A stretch of 64,000 nt of DNA from Coraliomargarita sp. (GTDB lineage Bacteria > Verrucomicrobiota > Verrucomicrobiia > Opitutales > Coraliomargaritaceae): positions 288,001-352,000 of the forward strand of contig OZ244160.1 in NCBI GenBank assembly GCA_965216325.1. The letters are read 5' to 3'. Position numbers and translations under genes: made by a program. Below, piece by piece: positions 11,315 to 25,458 of the stretch (positions are counted from its first letter, which is position 1; each line of letters starts with the position of its first letter). The notes under the pieces were generated by a model. The model was not told where the DNA came from, made no database searches, and was given only the letters and a program-made list of their open reading frames with translations.

Positions 11315-11826
11315 CTCTTAATCTTACTCTTAATCCTACTCTTAATCTCTTCTGTTGGGTGGGGGCTGAGGCTCGGTAATTTGGGACCGCGAACGGAGCG
11401 AAGGAACGCAAGGTTTTGGCTCGGTTGGGACACAGGCTGGAAGCCTGTGCTACGTTGAAGTGGCATGAATCCGCCTAAAGGCGGGACCCCAACCTGCGGC
11501 TCGGAGGGATTATGATTAAGAGTAGGATTACGATTAAGAGGGGCGACGGCGGATCGGAGGGTGGACACTCTTGTCCACCTTTGGGGGCCTTGAAGTTCGG
11601 ATGTGATGTGCGTGTGGATGGATGCTGTAGGAGCAGGACAGGAGTGTCCTGCCTCCGTTGCTTGGGCTCGGTTAGGACACAGGCTGGAAGCCTGTGCTAC
11701 GTAGAAGTGGCCTGAATCCGCCTAAAGGGGGAACCCCAACCTTTGGCTCGGGGGGATTACGATTAAGAGTAAGATTATGATTAAGAGGGAGCGCTGATTC
11801 TTACTCATACTCCTACGCTTAATCTC
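11315..11826. repeat. Mosaic of REP-like palindromes and hexamer repeats, including a 125-bp direct repeat (11418-11542 / 11665-11789)
   Basis: ACAGGCTGGAAGCCTGTGCTAC, CCGCCTAAAGGCGG, GATTA(C/T)GATTAAGAGTA, GGACACTCTTGTCC units. Confidence 0.88.
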
Positions 11827-11954
11827 CAACACTTTGTGTTGGTCACTTTGTGCTTTTATTGGGGGCTTGGATTGTTCATTTTGCGCGGTCTCTTTTCGGA
11901 GCTCGAAGTGGATGGATCTGACCTCTGTCCTCTGATCTCCGAGCTCTGATAAAA

Positions 11955-13871
11955 ATGAAGCAATCTACGACAGCTCAGTGGTCGGTCGCGCAGGCCGAGA
12001 ATTACTACGGCCTGAAGCGATGGGGCGGGGGGCACTTTTCGGTGGACGAGGACGGCTACATGCTGGTGCACCCGTCGGGCGATCAGCGCAGTATCCGCAT
12101 TCATGACATTGTGCGTGAGGCCAAGGAGAAGGGCCTCGAGTTGCCGTTGACGATTCGTATTCAGGACCTGCTGCGCACGCGGGTGGTGGCGCTCAATGAG
12201 ATGTTTGCCGAGGCGATCAAGGACGAGGGCTATCAGGGCAAATACCGTGGTGTGTTTCCGATTAAGGTGAACCAGCTGCGCGAGGTGGTCGAAGAGATCC
12301 AGGATGCGGGCAAGCCGTTCAACTACGGTCTGGAATGTGGTAGTAAGCCGGAGCTGATGATCGCGCTGGCGATGCACAAGAACATGAAGTCGCTCATCGT
12401 GTGCAATGGCTACAAGGATGATGAGTTTATTCGGCTGGCGCTGTTTGGGCGTCGCTTGGGCAAGGAGATCTTTTTGGTGGTGGAGCAGCTCAGTGAGGTG
12501 CCGCGCATTATCCAGATCAGCAAGCAGCTGGGTGTGAAGCCGTTGATCGGTTTCCGGATCAAGCTGTCGACCGCGGGCGAGGGCAAGTGGGCCAGCTCGT
12601 CGGGCGAGGAAGCGAAGTTCGGTCTGACCAGCCCGGAGATTTTGGATGCGGCGCGCCGCTTGAAGCGTGCGGGCTTGGAAGACTGCCTGCAGTTGATCCA
12701 TTTTCATATCGGCTCGCAGGTGCCGAACATTCAGACGATCAAGAAGGCGGCGGTCGAAGCGACGCGCTACTATTGTGAGCTGAGCAAGATGGGCTTCCCG
12801 ATGCGTCTGCTGGATGTGGGCGGTGGCCTGGGGATCGACTACGATGGCTCACGCTCGAACTACGAGAGCTCAATGAATTATACGCTGCGCGAGTATGCGC
12901 GGGATATCGTGTATAATGTGAAGACGGTCTGTGGTGAGGCCGAGGTGCCGGTGCCGGACTTGGTCTCGGAGAGTGGGCGCGCGGTGGTGGCCCCGCATTC
13001 GATTTTGATCACGGAGGTGTGCGACCGCATTTCAAAGACCTCAGTGGCGCCGAAGTTGACCAAGGCGAAGAAGCGCAATCCGGTGATTGCTGCGCTGGAG
13101 AGCGTGCTCCAGAACGAGCACGGATCGAGTGCGATGGAGCGCTATCACGACGCGCAGCAGAAGAAGGAAGAAGCCAACAATTTGTTTAGTCTCGGCTATA
13201 TGGATTTGGCCGAGAAGGCGCAGGCCGATGCGCTGTTTTGGCAGATCTGCAAAGAGCTCGCCGAGCAGGGGAAGGTGGCGAGCTATACGCCGGAGGAATT
13301 GGAATCGCTGCCGCAGAGTATGGCGGAGCAATACGTGTGTAACTTCTCGGTGTTCCAATCGCTGCTGGATCACTGGGCCTGCGATCAGTTGTTTCCAATT
13401 GCGCCTTTGCACCGCTTGAATGAATCGCCGGATGTGGATGCCATTTTGGTCGACATTAGCTGCGACAGTGAAGGGAAGGTCTCGAGCTTTACCGATGTGG
13501 AAGATGAACGCAGCACGCTGCGTCTGCATGAGCTGAAGGCGAAGGATCCTTACTATTTGGGGATTTTCCTAGTGGGCGCGTATCAGGACATCATGGGTGA
13601 CCTGCACAATTTGTTTGGCCGTGTGAATGAGGTGCACGTGTTCCTCGAAGATGATGAGGAAGACGGCTTCTACATCGAAGACAGCATTCAGGGCTTCACG
13701 GTGAATGACGTGCTGGGCTTCACGCAATACGATGGCCACATTCTGACGCGGATGATGAAGAAGCAGGTGGATCGTGCGACTAAGGCCGATCAGATCAAGC
13801 CGCGTGAAGGCACGCGGATGCTCGGTGAGTATAGTAAGTTATTGAAGGGGCATACGTATTTGGCGCGCTAG
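11955..13871 (+). CDS. speA: Biosynthetic arginine decarboxylase
   Basis: VFPIKVNQ PLP lysine, HFHIGSQ, DVGGGLG, SCDSEG, GAYQDIMGDLHNLFG. Confidence 0.96.
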   Translation: MKQSTTAQWSVAQAENYYGLKRWGGGHFSVDEDGYMLVHPSGDQRSIRIHDIVREAKEKGLELPLTIRIQDLLRTRVVALNEMFAEAIKDEGYQGKYRGVFPIKVNQLREVVEEIQDAGKPFNYGLECGSKPELMIALAMHKNMKSLIVCNGYKDDEFIRLALFGRRLGKEIFLVVEQLSEVPRIIQISKQLGVKPLIGFRIKLSTAGEGKWASSSGEEAKFGLTSPEILDAARRLKRAGLEDCLQLIHFHIGSQVPNIQTIKKAAVEATRYYCELSKMGFPMRLLDVGGGLGIDYDGSRSNYESSMNYTLREYARDIVYNVKTVCGEAEVPVPDLVSESGRAVVAPHSILITEVCDRISKTSVAPKLTKAKKRNPVIAALESVLQNEHGSSAMERYHDAQQKKEEANNLFSLGYMDLAEKAQADALFWQICKELAEQGKVASYTPEELESLPQSMAEQYVCNFSVFQSLLDHWACDQLFPIAPLHRLNESPDVDAILVDISCDSEGKVSSFTDVEDERSTLRLHELKAKDPYYLGIFLVGAYQDIMGDLHNLFGRVNEVHVFLEDDEEDGFYIEDSIQGFTVNDVLGFTQYDGHILTRMMKKQVDRATKADQIKPREGTRMLGEYSKLLKGHTYLAR

Positions 13872-13926
13872 TTGGCTGCGCCAGAGTGGAGAGTGATGGT
13901 GATCATGAGGAGTGCCTGAAGCGGCG

Positions 13927-14277
13927 CTCTTAATCTTACTCCTAATCTTAATCTCTTTGGAGAGTGTTCGGCTATTGCTCGGTTTGTTTGGGTGTGAAGG
14001 CTTTCGCACGGTTTTATGGGAATGAGGAAGGCAGGAATGTAGGCAGGGCTTGTGCTCTGGGGTGACGCACAAGTGCGCACGCTACGATGGTAGGTGCTCC
14101 ACTTGCCGGAGGTCGCGAGCTTGGCGAGCGGTGGATGCACTGGACGCAGATGCTCCTCCTGGGGTGGGACACAGGCGGGACGCCTGTGCTACGGGAGTGT
14201 GGCTTGAAACCGCCTATATTGCTTCGTCATCTCCGCTTCGCTACGTCGGCAAGTTTATGTCAGGAAAGGCGGGACCC
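13927..14277. repeat. Array of orphan REP-like halves and short-period repeats
   Basis: Hexamer run at 13927; GCACAAGTGCGCACCGCTAC; ACAGGCGGGACGCCTGTGCTAC (~14171). Confidence 0.7.
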
Positions 14278-14381
14278 CAAGCTGTAGGCTTTGAGGGATT
14301 TGGAAAGGGCTGGACTGTTGCTGTGGTCTTATTCGTTTTCGGCATTGCCAGTTTTGGGCGAATGTTCAGAGATTCAGGCTT

Positions 14382-14771
14382 ATGGCTAAGGGCAAACAGA
14401 AGATTTCAACAGACGGCGGTGATTCACTGGGAGGCAATCCCTTTGGTGGATTAGACTTGGGCGGACTGCCCGCAGGGCCCGCGAAGGCCGAACCGGTGAA
14501 GGGCGGCAAGGCCAAGCCTGCGAAGCGTGGACGCGTGGAGGTGCGCCGTGAGAAGGCTGGCCGTGGGGGGAAAACGGTGACGACACTGAAGGCCTTTGCC
14601 ACGCATACACCGCTGAAGGATCTGGAGGCCTTGACCTTTGATTTGAAAAAGACCTGTGCCTGTGGGGGCACCCTCAAGGGGCGCGATATTGAGCTGCAGG
14701 GCGATGTCGTGGATCGTGTGCTTGGTGAGCTCAGCAAGCGTGGCTTTCAGCCGGTGCGCTCAGGCGGGTGA
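14382..14771 (+). CDS. yciH: Translation initiation factor SUI1/YciH family
   Basis: REKAGRGGKTVT, LKKTCACGGT, IELQGD. Confidence 0.9.
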   Translation: MAKGKQKISTDGGDSLGGNPFGGLDLGGLPAGPAKAEPVKGGKAKPAKRGRVEVRREKAGRGGKTVTTLKAFATHTPLKDLEALTFDLKKTCACGGTLKGRDIELQGDVVDRVLGELSKRGFQPVRSGG

Positions 14772-14896
14772 GGTACACAATCTTAATCGTAATCTTAATC
14801 CTAATCTGACGTCGTCGGTTCTCACGAAGGCATAGAGACGGATACTCTGAGATTGGGGATTACGATTAAGCGTAGGATTCAGAAGAAGATTGTATG

Positions 14897-14931
14897 AAAA
14901 AGCCCGCAGGCCGGATGGCGCTGCGGGCTTT
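14897..14931. terminator. Rho-independent terminator (PEPCK; possibly bidirectional)
   Basis: AAAAAGCCCGCAG...CTGCGGGCTTT hairpin. Confidence 0.75.
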
Positions 14932-14955
14932 GTGTAATGCTTGCGTGACTACCGC

Positions 14956-18409
<3,454 letters not shown>

Positions 18410-18631
18410 TTGTGTGGTTATGGGTTTCGATTTGATTGAATGAAAGTGACCGAGCAACCGTGCTGGATGGCTGATTAACTGCGGTCAAATCGTGATAACT
18501 GCAAGCGGAACTGGATGGTTTTGCCTGAGCTTATCACAGTGTTATTTTCTATTAGTGGTACTTATTGGCCGTCAACCTATTATTAGTGAGTTCTGTCAGA
18601 TTTTTCAGTTTTGTTGCGGGATTTGCGCACG

Positions 18632-18663
18632 AAAAACCCCGCAGCCAGCAGCATGCGGGGTTT
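18632..18663 (-). terminator. Terminator after pntB
   Basis: AAAAACCCCGCA...TGCGGGGTTT. Confidence 0.7.
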
Positions 18664-18681
18664 GTTCAAATTAAGGGTGCT

Positions 18682-20109
18682 TTAGCTGTCCTTGAATTGT
18701 GTGACGAGGCCTGTGACTGTTGCTTTCGCATCACCGTAAAGCATGCGTGTGTTGGGAGCGGTGAACAGGGTATTCTCCAGACCGGAGAAGCCGGCGCCTT
18801 TACCACGCTTCAGGCAGAAGGTGGTCTTGGCCTTATGCGCATTGATGATGGGCATGCCGTAAATCGGGCAGTTCTCATCGTCAGTTGCTGCCGGATTCAC
18901 CACGTCGTTGGCGCCGATCACGATGGCGACGTCGACCATTTCCATAGTCGGGTTGACGTCGTCCATTTCACAGAGTTGTTCATAGGGGACATCGGCTTCG
19001 GCGAGCAGCACATTCATGTGGCCCGGCATACGGCCTGCGACTGGGTGAATCGCGAAGCGCATTTCACAACCGTTGTCTTCGAGTAGCTCGCCGAGTTCTT
19101 TGACGGCGTGTTGTGCCTGTGCGACCGCCATGCCGTAGCCGGGGATGACGACCACGCTCTTGGCGGCTTCCAAAATGTAGTAGGCATCTTCGGTGGAGAT
19201 TGGCTTGAGCTCGCCGGTGCTCTTGCCGCTGGCCTTCTGTGTGGTCGCGCCGAAGCCGGAGAAGAGGACGTTGCTGAGTGTGCGGTTCATTGCTTTACAC
19301 ATGATCACGGTCAGGATGAGACCGGACGCACCGACCAAGCAGCCCGCAACGATGAGGACGTTGTTCGCGATCACGAAACCTGCCGCCGAAGCAGCGAGAC
19401 CGGAGCAGGAGTTGAGCAGTGAGATTACGACGGGCATATCGCCACCGCCGATTGGCATGACGGCGAAGATGCCGAGCACGAGTGCGAGGACGATGACGGC
19501 AATCAACATTGGGTAGGCAATTGAGCCGGTTGGATCGATGGTGAAGGCGATGCCGGTGCCTATGATGCCGAGAGCGAGCAGCGCATTGAATGCCTTCTGC
19601 CCTGGGAAGGTCAGTGCTGTGCCACCGAGCTTGCCGGAGAGTTTGCCCCAGGCGTAGATCGAGCCGGTGAAGGTGATGCCACCGATAAGGATTGCGAGCA
19701 CGGTGACTGCGGCGGTGAATGTATCCACGGTTTCAATACCGGTGGCCTCTTTCAGGTTGCCGAGCACATTACCGTTAAGGCTTGCATAGGCGCGTTGATA
19801 TTCCGCGGCGCCAACGAGCAAGGAGGCGAGTCCCCCGAAGCCATTGAAGAGCGCAACGAGTTCAGGCATGCCTGTCATTTGCACGCGCTTCGCAGCGATG
19901 AAGCCGATAAGCGCGCCCGTCGCGAGTGCGGCGGCCACGAGCAGATAGCTCAACTCCGAGTCGAGTAGGGTGACGATCACTGCGAGGCCCATTCCCATTG
20001 AGGAGATTAGGTTGCCCTTACGTGCAGTGCTCGCGTTGCCGAGCATCTTAATGCCGAAGACAAAGAGAATCGCGGCAACGATGTAAGAAAGGTTAACGAT
20101 TTGGTCCAT
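18682..20109 (-). CDS. pntB: NAD(P) transhydrogenase beta subunit
   Basis: IGGGDMPVVISLLNS, PGYGMAVAQAQH, HPVAGRMPGHMNV. Confidence 0.96.
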   Translation of the reverse strand: MDQIVNLSYIVAAILFVFGIKMLGNASTARKGNLISSMGMGLAVIVTLLDSELSYLLVAAALATGALIGFIAAKRVQMTGMPELVALFNGFGGLASLLVGAAEYQRAYASLNGNVLGNLKEATGIETVDTFTAAVTVLAILIGGITFTGSIYAWGKLSGKLGGTALTFPGQKAFNALLALGIIGTGIAFTIDPTGSIAYPMLIAVIVLALVLGIFAVMPIGGGDMPVVISLLNSCSGLAASAAGFVIANNVLIVAGCLVGASGLILTVIMCKAMNRTLSNVLFSGFGATTQKASGKSTGELKPISTEDAYYILEAAKSVVVIPGYGMAVAQAQHAVKELGELLEDNGCEMRFAIHPVAGRMPGHMNVLLAEADVPYEQLCEMDDVNPTMEMVDVAIVIGANDVVNPAATDDENCPIYGMPIINAHKAKTTFCLKRGKGAGFSGLENTLFTAPNTRMLYGDAKATVTGLVTQFKDS

Positions 20110-20131
20110 TTGTTAAGAAGTCAGGTTCTTT

Positions 20132-20196
20132 GGAGGCAGGACACTCTTGTCCTGCTTAATGTGGCTATTGCTTGCGGATAAGAGTGTCCGCCCTCC
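20132..20196. repeat. REP-like inverted doublet inside the pnt operon
   Basis: GGAGGCAGGACACTCTTGTCCTGC / GCGGATAAGAGTGTCCGCCCTCC; same family as 11556-11656. Confidence 0.8.
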
Positions 20197-20198
20197 GG

Positions 20199-20477
20199 TT
20201 ATTTTTTCTTTTTGAACATGCCGAGCATGCGGTCGGTCACCATGTAGCCGCCAACGACATTGATCGTCGCAAGCACGATGGCGGCGAAGCCGATCCACAT
20301 GGATGCGGTGTCTGCGGTGGTCTTTACTGCGAGGATTGCGCCGACGACGGTGATGCCCGAAATCGCGTTCGAACCCGACATAAGTGGCGTGTGTAGCTGT
20401 GACGGAACTTTGGCAATGAGCTCAAAGCCGAGGAAGGCCGCTAGCACAAAGATGAACAGGAGTAGGATAAGATCCAT
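20199..20477 (-). CDS. pntAB: NAD(P) transhydrogenase alpha subunit part 2
   Basis: LHTPLMSGSNAISG, NVVGGYMVTDRML. Confidence 0.93.
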   Translation of the reverse strand: MDLILLLFIFVLAAFLGFELIAKVPSQLHTPLMSGSNAISGITVVGAILAVKTTADTASMWIGFAAIVLATINVVGGYMVTDRMLGMFKKKK

Positions 20478-20561
20478 AGTGTTGTTGGTTGAAAGTTGTA
20501 GGTTGTTTGTAACGGGTTGTTTGCTGGTGTCGTTCAACGGCCAACAAACAACTATCAACGT

Positions 20562-21692
20562 TTAGCTCTTAAATTTCTCGTGGATGATCGCGCCGTCTTT
20601 AGTGATCAGGCAGCCGGAGAGGATCTCGTCTCCGAGATCGTAATTGAAGTCTTTAGCCTCTTCGTCCCAGAAGTGTTCGATGAGGTTATAGAAGTTGGAG
20701 GCCAGCATCAGTGTGGCGTCCTTCGGGTAGTAACCCTCAAGGTTTTCGGGGCCGAGGATACGGACGCCGTTTTCGGTGACGATTTCCTCGCCGACTTTGG
20801 AGCCTTCGATGTTGCCGCCGGACTCAACTGCGAGGTCAACCAGCACGGAGCCAGACTGCATTTGCTCGAGCACTTCCTGGTTGAGGATTTGTGGTGCTTT
20901 GCGTCCAAAGAGTTTTGCGGTGGTGATGACGACATCGGCCCGAGCGCAGGCTTTCGCCATTTCCTGACGTTGCTTCTCCAGCTGCTCGGGAGTCAGTTCC
21001 TTCGCATAGCCTTGATCGGTTTGGCCCGTGTCGCCGAGGTCGACCTTTACGAACTTTGCGCCGAGCGACTTGACTTGTTCCTCAACGACCGGGCGCGTGT
21101 CGAAGGCCTCGACTCGGGCGCCGAGACGTTTGGCGGTTGCGATGGCTTGCAGGCCGGCGACGCCGACACCGATAATAAAAAAGCGGGCGGGGGAGATGGT
21201 TCCCGAGGGAGTCATCATCATCGGCAAGATCTTGCGCATGCGATCCGTCGCAACAGTGACTGCCGCGTAACCGGCAAGGTTCGCCTGTGAGGACAATGCG
21301 TCCATCTTTTGCGCCAGTGTGGAGCGGGGGATCATTTCAAGGCTGATCGCGTTGATCTGCTTGGCCGCGAGCTCGTTGATGAGTTCTGTTTCGTTGAACG
21401 GATCGAGGAAACTGAGGTGCAGCGTGCCGGGCTTGACCAGTTCGAGGTCGGCAGCTTCCGGTTTGCGCACGCGGGCGACGATGTCGGCTTGTTCGTAACC
21501 GGACTTCGCATCAGGCACGATTTTGGCGCCGGCCTTTTCGTAGTCGGCGTCGGTGTAGTCGGATTTTAAGCCTGCACCTGTCTGGACGAGGACTTCCAGT
21601 CCAAGATTACAGAGCTTGGTGACGGTGGGCGGAGCAACGGCTGCTCTGGTTTCAGCCGGGTGTGTTTCGAGTGGAGCGAAAAAGCGCTTCAT
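20562..21692 (-). CDS. pntAA: NAD(P) transhydrogenase alpha subunit part 1
   Basis: MDALSSQANLAGY, GVGVAGLQA, DLAVESGGN. Confidence 0.95.
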   Translation of the reverse strand: MKRFFAPLETHPAETRAAVAPPTVTKLCNLGLEVLVQTGAGLKSDYTDADYEKAGAKIVPDAKSGYEQADIVARVRKPEAADLELVKPGTLHLSFLDPFNETELINELAAKQINAISLEMIPRSTLAQKMDALSSQANLAGYAAVTVATDRMRKILPMMMTPSGTISPARFFIIGVGVAGLQAIATAKRLGARVEAFDTRPVVEEQVKSLGAKFVKVDLGDTGQTDQGYAKELTPEQLEKQRQEMAKACARADVVITTAKLFGRKAPQILNQEVLEQMQSGSVLVDLAVESGGNIEGSKVGEEIVTENGVRILGPENLEGYYPKDATLMLASNFYNLIEHFWDEEAKDFNYDLGDEILSGCLITKDGAIIHEKFKS

Positions 21693-21878
21693 TGTGTTGG
21701 GTTTGTGTTAAGCAAAGATAATATTAAAATCAATGCGTTTAAGTATATCTTATCTGATGGCGCGCAAGCTTAAGTTACGTTAATGCTTATTTTTGAGGTA
21801 GATCCTGACAGCGTGCACAAAAAAAGCTTGGACGCAAAAAAAGCGCCCAAGCTTTGTAAAGTTTTTTGCGGTGGCAGT

Positions 21879-22910
21879 TTAGACGGTTCCGAAGATAGTC
21901 TTGCCGTTGGAGCAGAGGTCCTCTGCGGCTTGAACGAGGCGAGCTGCCATGTTCTTTTCAGCCTTCTTGAGGTAGCTGCGTGGGTCGTAGACCTTCTTGT
22001 TGCCCACTTCGCCGTCGATCTTGAGCACACCTTCGATGTTTTCGCCGATGTGAGTCACGATTGGGCGTGTGAATGCGTATTGTGTGTCGGTGTCGATGTT
22101 CATCTTGACGACGCCGTATTCAAGTGTTTCGCGGATGTCGCTGAGCTCAGAACCAGAACCACCGTGGAACACGAGGTCCATCTTTGCGTCTGCACCGTGC
22201 TTTTCAGTTACTGCAGCTTGACCGTCGCGGAGGATGGTTGGCTTGAGCTTAACAGAACCTGGCTTGTATGCGCCGTGAACGTTACCGAAAGTTGCTGCAA
22301 AGAGGAAGCGGCCGATTGGCTGGAGTGCTTCGTAAACTTCGACCATGTCTTCTGGTGTGGTGTAGAGCTTTTCAGCTGGAAGGCCGGATGTGTCGTGGCC
22401 GTCTTCTTCACCGCCGACGCAACCTGCTTCAACTTCGAGGATGATGTCGAGCTCTGCGCACTCCTTAAGCAGCTCTTGAGAGATCTTAAGGTTTTCTGCG
22501 AGGTCCACGACGGAACCGTCGAACATGTGAGATTGGAAGAGTGGGCCCTTGCCTTCGGCGATGCGCTTGCGGGATGCTTCAAGCAGTGGCTTGAGGAAAC
22601 CGTCGACCTTTTCAGGGTGGCAGTGGTCAGTGTGAAGTGCGACGAGCACGTCATACTTCTCAGCAAGGATGTGAGTCGCTTCGGCAAGCACGATTGCACC
22701 GAATGCAGCGTCAGCAACGTCGACACCGGAAGCGAATTGGCCACCGCCAGTGGAAACTTGGATAATACCGTCCGACTTTGCATCCGCAAAGGCTTTAAGT
22801 GCAGCATTGATCGTGGTGATCGATGTGATGTTAACGGCCGGGTAGGCGTAGTTGCCCTTTTGGGCGGCATCGAGCATCGCTTCGTATTGCTTGGGTGTTG
22901 CTACAGGCAT
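21879..22910 (-). CDS. fbaA: Class II fructose-bisphosphate aldolase
   Basis: LHTDHC, SHMFDGS, GNVHG, VFHGGSG, KMNIDTD. Confidence 0.96.
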   Translation of the reverse strand: MPVATPKQYEAMLDAAQKGNYAYPAVNITSITTINAALKAFADAKSDGIIQVSTGGGQFASGVDVADAAFGAIVLAEATHILAEKYDVLVALHTDHCHPEKVDGFLKPLLEASRKRIAEGKGPLFQSHMFDGSVVDLAENLKISQELLKECAELDIILEVEAGCVGGEEDGHDTSGLPAEKLYTTPEDMVEVYEALQPIGRFLFAATFGNVHGAYKPGSVKLKPTILRDGQAAVTEKHGADAKMDLVFHGGSGSELSDIRETLEYGVVKMNIDTDTQYAFTRPIVTHIGENIEGVLKIDGEVGNKKVYDPRSYLKKAEKNMAARLVQAAEDLCSNGKTIFGTV

Positions 22911-23135
22911 TTTTCTAATTAGTTCTGATTATTGATTTAGGAGATGAAGTTAGGTTTGCTTATGGGCAACATCTCGTAAGGCAACCATAATTTGTGTCCG
23001 CGCATTTTTTTCAACACAGGAGTTCATTTAATCATGAATTCGGGGGCAGAGAGTCTACGGGTGGTGACAAGTTGCAGGTGTTAAATGGCTCCGATTGCTA
23101 TTGATTTGCTGAATACAGTGGTTCTAAGCTTTGCG

Positions 23136-23310
<175 letters not shown>

Positions 23311-23487
23311 TTTTTTGTATCCGGATCCTTGTATTCGCTGGGCGGGTACAAGGGAGTGACAGTGAAAGTGGAAGTGAGGGTGGCTGCACGCAGTTCTCGT
23401 CGCGTGTCGCTTTAGCACATGCTCTCCGGTGTGAAGGTCACAGTAGCATCGACTGATGCTCTGTGGAGCGCTTGCTACAGCGGCGCG

Positions 23488-24294
23488 CTACGCTTGAGCT
23501 AGCTCAAGTGAACGAGCCTTGGCAGCTGCAAGCGCTTTATCGACGAGGCCGCGTAGGTCGGCGTCGCTGAAGACTTTAAGTGCTGCAGCGGTGGTGCCTC
23601 CGGGCGAAGTGACTGCGTTGCGCAGATCTTCCGGGCTGTCTTCGCTTTCTGCGAGTAGCATTGCTGCGCCGAGGAGAGTGTCGATGGCTAGCGAAGTGGA
23701 TAAATCTTCAGGTAGGCCACAGTTGACGCCGGCTTCGCGAAGTGCGGCGGCAAATTCAAAGACGTAGGCAGGACCGCTGCCGCTGAGCGCGGTGACTGCA
23801 TCGAGATCGCTTTCTTCAACTTGGTGGAAGTTGCCGAGCGAGCTGAGCGTATTGTCGACGATTTCGCTGTCTTTAGTGCTGAGTTCGCGAAGCGGTGCGA
23901 AGGCAGTCACGCCGGCACCGATCTGACCTGGTGTGTTGGGCATGGTGCGCACCACATTGCGCGCGCTGCTGAACTTTTCGCTGAGGCGACTGAGCGGGGT
24001 GCCTGCGAGAATGGAGAGGATCAGCTTGCCACCGGCAGCTTGAGCCAGGGTGTCGTCGATGGCCGCAAATTGCTGTGGTTTGCAGGCAAGCACAACGGCT
24101 TCTGCTTGAGCCACGGCTTGGGTGACGTCAGGCAAATACTGAATGCCCGTTTGCTCTGCGAGTTCTGGGCCGGTCGGATCGTCGCCGCAAGTGCAGGCAA
24201 TCTCGGCTGGGCTGTAGTGCTCTTTTTCAAGCAGGCCGCGAACAATAGCCGATGCCATACGCCCGGCTCCGATGAAAACAATTCGGATACTCAT
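23488..24294 (-). CDS. proC: Pyrroline-5-carboxylate reductase
   Basis: IGAGRMA, RTMPNTP, SGSGPAY, VTSPGGTT. Confidence 0.96.
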   Translation of the reverse strand: MSIRIVFIGAGRMASAIVRGLLEKEHYSPAEIACTCGDDPTGPELAEQTGIQYLPDVTQAVAQAEAVVLACKPQQFAAIDDTLAQAAGGKLILSILAGTPLSRLSEKFSSARNVVRTMPNTPGQIGAGVTAFAPLRELSTKDSEIVDNTLSSLGNFHQVEESDLDAVTALSGSGPAYVFEFAAALREAGVNCGLPEDLSTSLAIDTLLGAAMLLAESEDSPEDLRNAVTSPGGTTAAALKVFSDADLRGLVDKALAAAKARSLELAQA

Positions 24295-24342
24295 ATTTTC
24301 AGAGGACAGAGTTCAGAAGTCAGAGGGCAGGAATCGCTCTGA

Positions 24343-25458
24343 TCAGGAAAGTGGGTGGGTCATGGTCGCAGTGACGCCGCCATCTGGGTTGGCTTTGACT
24401 TGAATGTCGCCTTCGATGTTGCGCATGGTATGGCGCGAAATGGTCAGACCCATGCCACGACCAACCGATGTTTTAGTCGTGATAAAAGGTTCAAAAAGAG
24501 TGTCCGCCACTTCCGGATCGATTCCGAGCCCATGGTCGACGACGTTGATTTCGAGCTTTGCGGGGCCCCGGTCACGATTGATTCGTGCATTCACAGCGAT
24601 CTTTCGTGTGCTATCATCGGCATCTTTACCATAGCTTTCCCAAGCGTTGATCAGGAGTTTCCCGAGGATGATTTCGAAGCTCTCGGCATTGGCATTGATC
24701 GCGGTGTCCGCTTCGATATCGCAATCGATACTGACTGATGCGGGCACCTCATACTCGCTTTTGAAACGCTCCACGCTGTTGTCGAGTAGCAGTTGGATGC
24801 CTTGCGAGGTCATTTCGTAACGCTCGTTGTTGGCGATCGTGCCGAGTTGGCGGATGATATTGACCATGCGGGTGATCGCGTTGTCCATTAAACCAACGCT
24901 ACGCTTCACCATATCGGGGCTATCGTAACCGTTCTTGATGAGATCCAGATAGCCGACCACGACGCCAAGCAGGTTATTCAAGTTGTGGGCGATTCCTTGA
25001 GTGATCGCGCCGATCGAGGCTGCTTTACGTGCATCGCCGAGACGGTCTTGAAGTTCGAGGTTTTCACGGAAGATCTCTTGGAGGCGCAGTTGGGTGCGCA
25101 CGCGGGCGAGGGTTTCGTCGAGATCGATTGGCTTGGTGATATAGTCAACCGCACCCGCATCGAGGCCTTCGAGTTTACCTTTTTTCGAGGCTTTTGCGGT
25201 GATAAAAATGATGGGGATGGCTTCGGTCTGAGGGTTTGCCTTGAGGTGTTGGCAAGTTTCGATGCCGTCCATTTCGGGCATCATCACGTCGAGCAGAATG
25301 AGGTCGGGTGTTTCTTCTTCAACGACTTTGAGGCATTCGCGACCGTTGTAAGCAACGAGCACTTCTAAGCCCTGACGCTCCAGTTTGCGCTGAAGCAGTT
25401 TGATATTAATCGGTTGGTCATCGACGACCAGAATCTTGGGCTGTGCTTTTTGACTCAA
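24343..25458 (-). CDS. Response regulator-histidine kinase hybrid (REC-HisKA-HATPase)
   Basis: VVDD...LLDVMMP; AHNLNN; GRGMGL; TTG start. Confidence 0.88.
   Translation of the reverse strand: MSQKAQPKILVVDDQPINIKLLQRKLERQGLEVLVAYNGRECLKVVEEETPDLILLDVMMPEMDGIETCQHLKANPQTEAIPIIFITAKASKKGKLEGLDAGAVDYITKPIDLDETLARVRTQLRLQEIFRENLELQDRLGDARKAASIGAITQGIAHNLNNLLGVVVGYLDLIKNGYDSPDMVKRSVGLMDNAITRMVNIIRQLGTIANNERYEMTSQGIQLLLDNSVERFKSEYEVPASVSIDCDIEADTAINANAESFEIILGKLLINAWESYGKDADDSTRKIAVNARINRDRGPAKLEINVVDHGLGIDPEVADTLFEPFITTKTSVGRGMGLTISRHTMRNIEGDIQVKANPDGGVTATMTHPLS

Noticed and set aside
11418..11789. Possible CRISPR or ncRNA repeat
   Set aside because: Only two copies, built from REP-like motifs found elsewhere; no repeat-spacer periodicity.
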